Part shown: positions 57,622-64,000 of the stretch, one piece after another
Position numbering within the stretch: the first letter of the stretch is position 1
Layout: each line of letters starts with the position of its first letter
Assembly (NCBI GenBank): GCA_965227775.1
Contig: OZ245777.1
Location: 1-64,000, forward strand
Direction: 5' to 3'
Length of the DNA stretch: 64,000 nt
Source of the DNA: Phycisphaerales bacterium
GTDB taxonomy: Bacteria > Planctomycetota > Phycisphaerae > Phycisphaerales > UBA1924
Notes under the pieces: generated by a model
Databases searched by the model: none
Told to the model about the DNA's origin: nothing
Seen by the model: the letters and a program-made list of their open reading frames with translations, nothing else
Program-made: the position numbers and the translations under genes

Positions 57622-59334
57622 TCAGTCATGGCTCGCGGCCACCCAGCTCTGCAGCAGCGACGCCGCCGTCTCGGGCGAGGCTGACACCAGCTCGCCAACC
57701 TGGTCGAGCATCTTGCCGGCGCGCACCTGCTCCTCGTCCAGCTCGATGCCCGACATCGGCACGTCGCCCTCCTCAGCCTCCCCGTACAGGTCACTGTCAC
57801 TCTGCAGTGCGGGCGGAACGCCCACCAGTTCCTCGGCTGTCGGCAGTTCAGGCCTCTTCGTCGCCTTGCGCACGAGCATCGCCATCATCGCCACGCTCAC
57901 TAGCGCCAACAGGCCGAGCACGGCCTTGTCGATCAGCCCATCACCCGCAAGCCCCATGAAGCCGCCCGAGCTACCGCCGCCGCCCGATGCCCCGCCAAAA
58001 CCGAACCCGCCACCGGTCGCCGCACCCACAATGCGCATGTCGCTGTGCATCGACACCGTCACGGCAACATCCGCCGGGTCGCCCGCGACGACGTTGCCCA
58101 GCACGAGCTGCATGCGTGACTCGAGATCCGATCGCAGGAGATCAAAGCGATTGGCGATCTCCTCGGCCGATGGGGCCTCTGGCTCGGCCTCTTCGGCCGC
58201 CGCCGGCGCATCCTGCTCAAGCAGCCGCACCACATAGCTGCGAGGCACGCCCAGCATCACCGACACGCCCTGCAAATCGCCGCCCGGATCCTCGACGTTC
58301 TCGATCGTCGAGGGGAACATGTTCTCAAACTCGCTGTCCTCGGTCGTCTCGGTGAACGACGAACCCGTCGCCGAACCCCCGCTCACCGAGAGCGGCTCGT
58401 TCGACCGCGTACCCGCCACGCCGCCTTGGGTGGAACCCTGCTGCGTGCGCTCCGTCCTGCTCTCACGCGTCAGCCCCGAGAGCGGCTTCTGGAACAGCGT
58501 GCTCTGGCTCGTCCTCCGCGCGCTGTCGACCCGCGCCATCACCGAGACCGAAAGGCCCGGAATGTCGTTCAGAAAGTCCGCGATCTTGTCCTCGAGCATG
58601 CCCTCGATCTGGAACTGCTGCTCGAGCGCCTGCCGCGCCGTCATGCGCCGATCGTCATACGACCTGTACGCCAGCCCGCTGACGCCATCAACCACCTTCA
58701 CCTGCGTGGGCTCGAGGCCCGCCACCGAGCCGGCGATGCCCTCGGCGATGGCGTCGACCGAGTCCTGCGAGAGCTCGCCCCTCGTCGGCCACACGTATAC
58801 CGACGCCGACGGCGTGCGCATCGCCCGCCCAAGCCCCGCTTGGTCAGGCATGTCGATGGTCACCTGCGCATGCCGCAACCCCTGGAAGTACGACAAGATG
58901 TCCGACAAGTGCTGCGAGTAGATCGCCCAGTATTGCTGGTGGTTGTCCTGCCGAGAATTCATCCAGCTGCGAGACTCGATGAGCTTCTCAATGAACGTCG
59001 CCGTGTTCGGTGGCACGATACGCTGCTCCATCAGCAGCCCCTGCACCCGCGCGACATAATCAGACTCGACCAGGATCTCGCCCGACGCGTTCGTCTCGGC
59101 ACGGATGCCCTGGCCCTCGAGCGTCGCCAGCGCACGCGACATCTGCGCCGGGTCGCCCACCATGGCCGCCGGTACCACCGCTGTTCGGGATGCGTATTGA
59201 GACACCAGGAAGAACGTCATCGCCACGATGATGACGACCGAGGCGACCAGCAGCTTCTCGATGGTGCCCAAGCGGCCGAGATAGCCCGCCACCTGGCGCA
59301 GCCGTTCCTTGGGTTGCTTGCTGGCCGTCTCCAC
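57622..59334 (-). CDS. fliF: Flagellar MS-ring protein FliF
   Basis: Two TM segments; PSASV, AGSVAGL.P..V.VVD; C-terminal PETAASLLQSW; GTG 59334 with AGGGAG RBS. Confidence 0.88.
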   Translation of the reverse strand: METASKQPKERLRQVAGYLGRLGTIEKLLVASVVIIVAMTFFLVSQYASRTAVVPAAMVGDPAQMSRALATLEGQGIRAETNASGEILVESDYVARVQGLLMEQRIVPPNTATFIEKLIESRSWMNSRQDNHQQYWAIYSQHLSDILSYFQGLRHAQVTIDMPDQAGLGRAMRTPSASVYVWPTRGELSQDSVDAIAEGIAGSVAGLEPTQVKVVDGVSGLAYRSYDDRRMTARQALEQQFQIEGMLEDKIADFLNDIPGLSVSVMARVDSARRTSQSTLFQKPLSGLTRESRTERTQQGSTQGGVAGTRSNEPLSVSGGSATGSSFTETTEDSEFENMFPSTIENVEDPGGDLQGVSVMLGVPRSYVVRLLEQDAPAAAEEAEPEAPSAEEIANRFDLLRSDLESRMQLVLGNVVAGDPADVAVTVSMHSDMRIVGAATGGGFGFGGASGGGGSSGGFMGLAGDGLIDKAVLGLLALVSVAMMAMLVRKATKRPELPTAEELVGVPPALQSDSDLYGEAEEGDVPMSGIELDEEQVRAGKMLDQVGELVSASPETAASLLQSWVAASHD

Positions 59335-59360
59335 GCCGTCGCTCCCTGGCGCGTTCCACG

Positions 59361-59376
59361 CGCACATCACGCGCCA
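59361..59376 (-). promoter_or_regulatory. Candidate sigma54 -24/-12 promoter of fliF
   Basis: TGGCGCGTGATGTGCG (GG-N10-GC); predicted start site ~59350, just before the RBS. Confidence 0.5.
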
Positions 59377-59496
59377 GCGTTGCGCCAGAGCGTGCCTTGG
59401 TGGTCGGCTTGTCGGGTGCCCGGGCTTGAATCACCCGGATCGGTCACGGCTCAGGGCGCACGCCCCGCGCACCAACGCGCAAGTCCTGCGCATGCG

Positions 59497-59805
59497 TCAT
59501 ACGCGCATCTGCTGGACTTCCTGGTACGCCTCCATCACCTTGTTGCGCATCTGCTGCAACAGCTGGAACGCCGTGTCGGCCTTCTGCGTCGCCAGCAGCA
59601 CGCCCTCCAGGTCGGTCCGCTGGCCGGTCATCAGGTCCTCGACCGCCTTGTCGGCGTCCTGACGCATCTCCGAAGCCTCGCGAAGCTGTCCGAAGAGCGC
59701 CTGGCGGAACGCCTCACCGTCGGTCGGCTGATTCTGGGCCTTGCCGGGCTGTCCATCGCGCAACGGTCCGGACGTGCCGCCGATCAGGCCAACTGGGTCG
59801 CTCAT
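59497..59805 (-). CDS. fliE: Flagellar hook-basal body protein FliE
   Basis: ATQKADTAFQLLQQMRNKVMEAYQEVQQMRV. Confidence 0.93.
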   Translation of the reverse strand: MSDPVGLIGGTSGPLRDGQPGKAQNQPTDGEAFRQALFGQLREASEMRQDADKAVEDLMTGQRTDLEGVLLATQKADTAFQLLQQMRNKVMEAYQEVQQMRV

Positions 59806-59855
59806 GCCGCTCCGCCTCCGAATCTCGCCGATCGATCACCGATCGGCCGCTCATG

Positions 59856-60272
59856 CTACGCGATCATTCGCAAAGCCTGGGCCAGCATCGCCTTGGTCAC
59901 TTCGGCGGCTGCCACGTTGGCCTCGTACGCACGGGAGGCTTCCATCGCGTCCACCTGCTCGGCAAACGTGCTGATGTCGGGCCCCATCACGTATCCGTTC
60001 GCATCCGCGTGCTTGCTGGATGGATCCCACCTCGCACGAAGCGCGTCCTCGTTCTTGTACACCTCGCGCACGTGCACACCCAGGCTCTGGCCATCGGCCC
60101 CCATGGCCGACGGATCGCCCGCCGCCAGCACCACCTCACGCCGCAGGTACGGCGCGTAGTTGCCCCACTGGTCCTCGACGACGTTCGCCCCGGCAATGTT
60201 GGCCGACGCCGCCGTCAGCCGCACCCGCTGGGCGATCATGCCGCTCGTTGAGATGTCAAGGCTGCCGAACAC
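59856..60272 (-). CDS. flgC: Flagellar rod protein FlgC
   Basis: LDISTSGMIAQRVR...ANIA; HADANGYV; ASRAYEAN. Confidence 0.93.
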   Translation of the reverse strand: MFGSLDISTSGMIAQRVRLTAASANIAGANVVEDQWGNYAPYLRREVVLAAGDPSAMGADGQSLGVHVREVYKNEDALRARWDPSSKHADANGYVMGPDISTFAEQVDAMEASRAYEANVAAAEVTKAMLAQALRMIA

Positions 60273-60287
60273 GCCCTACTCGCTTCC

Positions 60288-60737
60288 TCACGCCACGCGC
60301 TGGCTGATCGCCGTCCGCAGCACGCCCACGCGGCTGCGCATCAGGTCCGAAGCCACGCGGTAGACTCCATAGTTCTCGGTCATCGACTGCATCAACCGCT
60401 CCACGTCCCGGTCGTTGCGGTCGTGCAGCAGCACGCCGCCCACGCTCCGCGTGCCCCGTAGGGGCTCGAGCGAGAGCGAGCCATCGCCACCCACACGCAC
60501 CTCGCGAGAGCTTCGCATCGCCAGCGGCCCGTTTACGCCCCCGGTGCGCCCCCGCCGCTCGGCTACGGCCTCACCCAATACCCGCTGGAAGGCCTTCGGA
60601 GAGACATCGACGGCCTGGAACTTGGGCGTCGTCAGGTTTGCCACGTTGTGCGCGAGCAGACGCTGCCGCTGCCCCGTGAAGCGCATCATCGCCTCGAGCG
60701 TGGGGAGCGAACCGGCCTGGAGGGTCTTCTCGAGCAT
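60288..60737 (-). CDS. flgB: Flagellar rod protein FlgB
   Basis: RQRLLAHNVANLTTPKFQAVDV; DRNDRDVERLM. Confidence 0.88.
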   Translation of the reverse strand: MLEKTLQAGSLPTLEAMMRFTGQRQRLLAHNVANLTTPKFQAVDVSPKAFQRVLGEAVAERRGRTGGVNGPLAMRSSREVRVGGDGSLSLEPLRGTRSVGGVLLHDRNDRDVERLMQSMTENYGVYRVASDLMRSRVGVLRTAISQRVA

Positions 60738-60752
60738 CGCGTTGATCGCAAC

Positions 60753-60768
60753 CGCAAACGCCGGGCCA
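60753..60768 (-). promoter_or_regulatory. sigma54 -24/-12 promoter of flgB
   Basis: TGGCCCGGCGTTTGCG, one mismatch to TGGCACG-N4-TTGC, in the short gap upstream of flgB. Confidence 0.7.
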
Positions 60769-60792
60769 TTCTCAGCCCGGCCGCCGGGCCGG

Positions 60793-62331
60793 CTACAGGT
60801 CGGCCGGCACCAGCTTCTCGTCCTTCCACTTCTTGAGCTTGATGCCAAGCGTCCGCACGCCGATGCCCAGCGCGTCGGCGGTCCGCTGGCGGTGCCCGTC
60901 GTAGCGCTCCAGCGTCCGGATGATCGCGTCACGCTCCATGTCGTCCAGCGTGGTGTCTCCCGGTGCAAACACGATCGCGCGGCCCGACTCAGACTCGGCT
61001 CCCTCGCCAATGCCCGCCCCGACGCCAGCGCCAACCGCCACCGGCCGCTCCATCGCAGGCGAGGGCTCAATCGCCACCGCGGGCCGCTGCACGGGCGTCG
61101 TCTGCCACGCCAGCCAGGGCTCGAGCATCTCGCGGCGGATCATCGCATCCTCGTGACGAGACCCGCCCGCGCTCAGCACGACCGCACGCTCGCACACGTT
61201 CTGGAGCTCGCGAACGTTGCCGGGCCAGTCATACCCGCACAACAGATCGACCGCCCCGGGCTCCAAGCGAACCTGCCCGCGCCCCTCGCGCTTTGCGATC
61301 TGACCCAGGAACGTCTCGGCCAGCATCGGCACGTCTTCCAGCCTGTCCGACAGCGCGGGAAGATGGATCGGCAGTACGTTCAGGCGGAAGAACAGATCCT
61401 GACGGAAGTCGCCCGCCGCCACGGCCTTGGGCAGGTCGCGGTTGCTCGTCGCAAGCACACGTACGTCGACCGAGATCGACTGGCTGCTGCCGACGCGCTC
61501 GAAGGCCCGCTCCTGCAACACGCGCAGCAGCTTCGCCTGGATCGCGGGACTCACCTCGCTCACCTCATCGAGCAAGAGCGTGCCACCGTGCGCCAGCTCG
61601 AATCGGCCCTTGCGCATCTTGTCGGCCCCAGTAAACGCGCCCTTCTCGTGACCAAACAGCTCGCTCTCCAGCAGCGTCTCACTCAGCGCGGCGCAATTCA
61701 CCGCCAGGAATGGCCCCGTCCGCCGCGGGCTCAGCTCGTGGATCGATCGCGCGACCACCTCCTTGCCCGTGCCGCTCTCACCCACGATCAGAACGGTGCC
61801 GTGGCTGTCCGCCACTGCCTGCACCTGCGCCTTCACGCTGCGCATCGCGGGCGAGGCGCCGACCAACCGATCAAGCCCGAACGCTACCCCGCCCGTGGCG
61901 ATCTTGCCGCTGGACTCTACCTCGGCCTGGCTGCCGTGCGCGCGCAACACGGCGTTCTCGCGCCGCAGCTTCGCATGCTGGATGGCCCGCTTGACACAGA
62001 TGAGCAGCTCATCGCCCTCGAACGGCTTGGTGAGGTAGTCGAACGCGCCCAGCTTCATCGCCTCGACGGCCGTCTGCACCGAGCCGAACGCCGTCATCAG
62101 CACAACCGGCAGCTCATCATCGATCTTGCGCACCTGCGCGAGCAGCTCGACGCCCGTCATGCCGGGCATCTTCAGGTCGCTCACGACCGCATCGGGCCGC
62201 TGCAGCGCCACACGGTCGAGGGCCTCCTGCCCGCTCGTGGCCGCCAATGCGGTGAGCCCGGCGCGCCGCAGCACCGAGCACACGCTGTCACGCATCATCT
62301 CCTTGTCGTCGACAACCAGCACCGTGCTCAA
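60793..62331 (-). CDS. sigma54-dependent response regulator (FleR/FlrC/FlgR-like)
   Basis: REC domain (VVDD, SDLKMP, KPF), AAA+ domain GESGTGKE and GAFTGA, WPGNVREL, Fis-type HTH. Confidence 0.95.
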   Translation of the reverse strand: MSTVLVVDDKEMMRDSVCSVLRRAGLTALAATSGQEALDRVALQRPDAVVSDLKMPGMTGVELLAQVRKIDDELPVVLMTAFGSVQTAVEAMKLGAFDYLTKPFEGDELLICVKRAIQHAKLRRENAVLRAHGSQAEVESSGKIATGGVAFGLDRLVGASPAMRSVKAQVQAVADSHGTVLIVGESGTGKEVVARSIHELSPRRTGPFLAVNCAALSETLLESELFGHEKGAFTGADKMRKGRFELAHGGTLLLDEVSEVSPAIQAKLLRVLQERAFERVGSSQSISVDVRVLATSNRDLPKAVAAGDFRQDLFFRLNVLPIHLPALSDRLEDVPMLAETFLGQIAKREGRGQVRLEPGAVDLLCGYDWPGNVRELQNVCERAVVLSAGGSRHEDAMIRREMLEPWLAWQTTPVQRPAVAIEPSPAMERPVAVGAGVGAGIGEGAESESGRAIVFAPGDTTLDDMERDAIIRTLERYDGHRQRTADALGIGVRTLGIKLKKWKDEKLVPADL

Positions 62332-63269
62332 GCTGCGCCCTCCGTCACCAGCGTCTCTGACTGATCAGACAACCCAGCCGGCGCCCGCGCCGGCAGTATC
62401 AACTCGAATCGCGCCCCGCCGCACGCCGCATCACCCGCGTCCACGCGCCCGCCGTGCGCATCGACGATGCGCTGCACCATCGCAAGCCCAAGACCGCAAC
62501 CGGTCTGCCGGGTCGTGTAGAACGGATTGAACATGCGCTCGACCGCACCGGCAGGTAGGCCAGGCCCGGTGTCTTCTACAACGTACACGACGTGCTGCAA
62601 GCCATCGAACTCGCCCATCTCTACGAAAACGCGCACGCGACCCGGCCCCTTGCCGCCCGCCTCGACGATGGCTTCCACCGCATTGCGAATCAGGTTCGCC
62701 AGCGCCTGTGAGACCAAGCCGCCGTCAATCTCCACATCGGCCTCGTGCGTTTCGCGCGCTAGGTCGAGTTCCACGCCCGCTACATCCGCCAGTATCTGGC
62801 AGGTCGAGATCGCCCGCCTCGCCGGGTCGGCGGCCTCGACGAGTGCCAGCGTCGGCTCAAGCTCCCGCGCAAACCGCAGCACATCGCCCACCACGCCGTC
62901 GAGCTCGCGCGCCGCCCGCAAGATCTTGCCGGCGGTCTGGCCGCACTCGCCCTCGCCCAGATCGTCACGCAACATCTCGGCGTGCAGCGCGATGGCCGCC
63001 AGGGGGTTGCGCACCTCGTGGGCGATGCCCGCCGCCATCTCGCCCAGCGCCGCCAAACGCCGGCTTCTCTCCAGCCGTCGATTCGCTTCGTGCAGCTCGC
63101 CCTTCAGCCGCGAGACCTCGGACCGCAGCGCCTGATGCGTCTGCTCGAGCTCGCCCGCCGCGGCGTTGAACGCCCGCATCAGCTCGGCAAGGTCTTCCGG
63201 CGTCACGGGCGCACCGCCAGCCGCGCCACTCGCGAGCACACCCGCATCGATCGAGGCCGAACCGCCCAC
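62328..63269 (-). CDS. Cytoplasmic histidine kinase (FleS/FlrB/FlgS-like)
   Basis: AAGIAHEVRNPL H-box; NLIRNA, DTGPG, FNPFYTT, GLGL; no TM segment. Confidence 0.93.
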   Translation of the reverse strand: MGGSASIDAGVLASGAAGGAPVTPEDLAELMRAFNAAAGELEQTHQALRSEVSRLKGELHEANRRLERSRRLAALGEMAAGIAHEVRNPLAAIALHAEMLRDDLGEGECGQTAGKILRAARELDGVVGDVLRFARELEPTLALVEAADPARRAISTCQILADVAGVELDLARETHEADVEIDGGLVSQALANLIRNAVEAIVEAGGKGPGRVRVFVEMGEFDGLQHVVYVVEDTGPGLPAGAVERMFNPFYTTRQTGCGLGLAMVQRIVDAHGGRVDAGDAACGGARFELILPARAPAGLSDQSETLVTEGAA

Positions 63270-63271
63270 GC

Positions 63272-63754
63272 TCAGGCCTCCCGGTCCTGATGGATCGGCA
63301 CCCGCGCGGTTGTCCCCCCGTACGCACGAACGGCCCCCTTGCCCCGGCCCACGCCCTGCATGGTGGTCCGCACGCGATCTCGCGCCCCGTCCAGGTGCTG
63401 GCGGGTCTGCGAGTCCTGCTCGTGCACGCGCGACGCGAGCGCCTTCACCCGGTCCAGCCGCTCGCCAAGCTCGACCCGGTCGTTCTCGGTCAGCCCGCCG
63501 ATGAATCCATCCCAGTCCTGCCGCACGTCTTCCAGGCCCTGGTGCACCTCGACCAACGCATCAACCACCGCCTGCCGCTCGCCCATGAGGCGCAGCAGGT
63601 CATCGCCCTCGCCGTTGGCAATGAGCTCGTCTTGCCTGGGCCCGAAGGCCGCAAGTTGGTCGTACAGGGCGGCCTGACGCTCCAGCGCCGGCAACACCCG
63701 ATCGCGCAGCAATGCCCGGGCAGACGCCGAGCCGCACGCTTCGCCGTGGGTCAT
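63272..63754 (-). CDS. FlgN-like flagellar export chaperone
   Basis: All-helical, Q..LI...D.LL.L..ERQ pattern, C-terminal AVRAYG; GGAGG RBS before ATG 63754. Confidence 0.65.
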   Translation of the reverse strand: MTHGEACGSASARALLRDRVLPALERQAALYDQLAAFGPRQDELIANGEGDDLLRLMGERQAVVDALVEVHQGLEDVRQDWDGFIGGLTENDRVELGERLDRVKALASRVHEQDSQTRQHLDGARDRVRTTMQGVGRGKGAVRAYGGTTARVPIHQDREA

Positions 63755-63865
63755 CCTGACCTCCAGACAGGGCGCACTCCACGCCCCGGCGGATGCCATC
63801 GACCGCATCAGGCAAAAATCTTCAAACTCCGCGCACGACCTGCCGCTCGGTTCACTCCAGCCGAG

Positions 63866-64000
63866 CTACTCGAACACCGGCTCGGCCAGGCGCCGGGCAC
63901 GCGTGGGCGCCTCTTCAGGCTCTGGCGGCACGGTCAGATCGATTGGCAGGTACACACCGTTCGCGTGATCGCTGTTCAAGACCACTGCGCACGGCGGTAC
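63866..64000 (-). CDS. 3' end of an unidentified gene entering from the right edge
   Basis: Open frame VPPCAVVLNSDHANGVYLPIDLTVPPEPEEAPTRARRLAEPVFE*, followed by a GCTCGG...CCGAGC hairpin. Confidence 0.45.
   Translation of the reverse strand, partial: VPPCAVVLNSDHANGVYLPIDLTVPPEPEEAPTRARRLAEPVFE

Noticed and set aside
36124..63677. Many long + strand ORFs across the flagellar cluster (e.g. 56406-57959, 58426-60159, 60415-62364)
   Set aside because: Antisense to well-supported flagellar genes; artefact of high GC3.

Overview
GC-rich bacterial DNA whose gene content points to Planctomycetota, probably Phycisphaerae (inference from a DUF1559-type prepilin gene, a TIGR02999-type ECF/Ser-Thr kinase pair and a planctomycete-style YD protein). 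There are three blocks. (1) 1-~21670 is an accessory island. It holds a >1150-aa signal-peptide DUF6531/YD(Rhs)-repeat protein on the minus strand that is missing from the ORF track because it runs off the left edge. Divergent from it is a compact, translationally coupled type II secretion operon (unknown lead gene, gspD-E-F-G-H-I-J-K-C-L-M-like, TPR lipoprotein), followed by an ECF sigma factor, a membrane Ser/Thr kinase with an FGE-sulfatase domain, a LuxR-type regulator, orphan genes and a secreted Gly/His-rich repeat protein. The block ends at an isolated tRNA 3'-end fragment (21651-21672) that looks like an att site. (2) 21680-36200 is mostly housekeeping: HglS/YdcJ-like, aminopeptidase P, 1-Cys peroxiredoxin, SUFU-family, prfA, nadD, metK, purM, prepilin, folK. 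(3) 36259-63800 is a ~27 kb minus-strand flagellar cluster (flgN-like, FleS/FleR-like pair, flgBC, fliE-K, flgDE, flbD, motAB, fliL, fliN-R, flhBAFG, fliA) with sigma54-type promoters and no fliM. The best candidate for an undescribed system is the island-borne Rhs protein with its own T2SS and ECF/kinase regulator. All calls come from motif reading only; no database searches were run.
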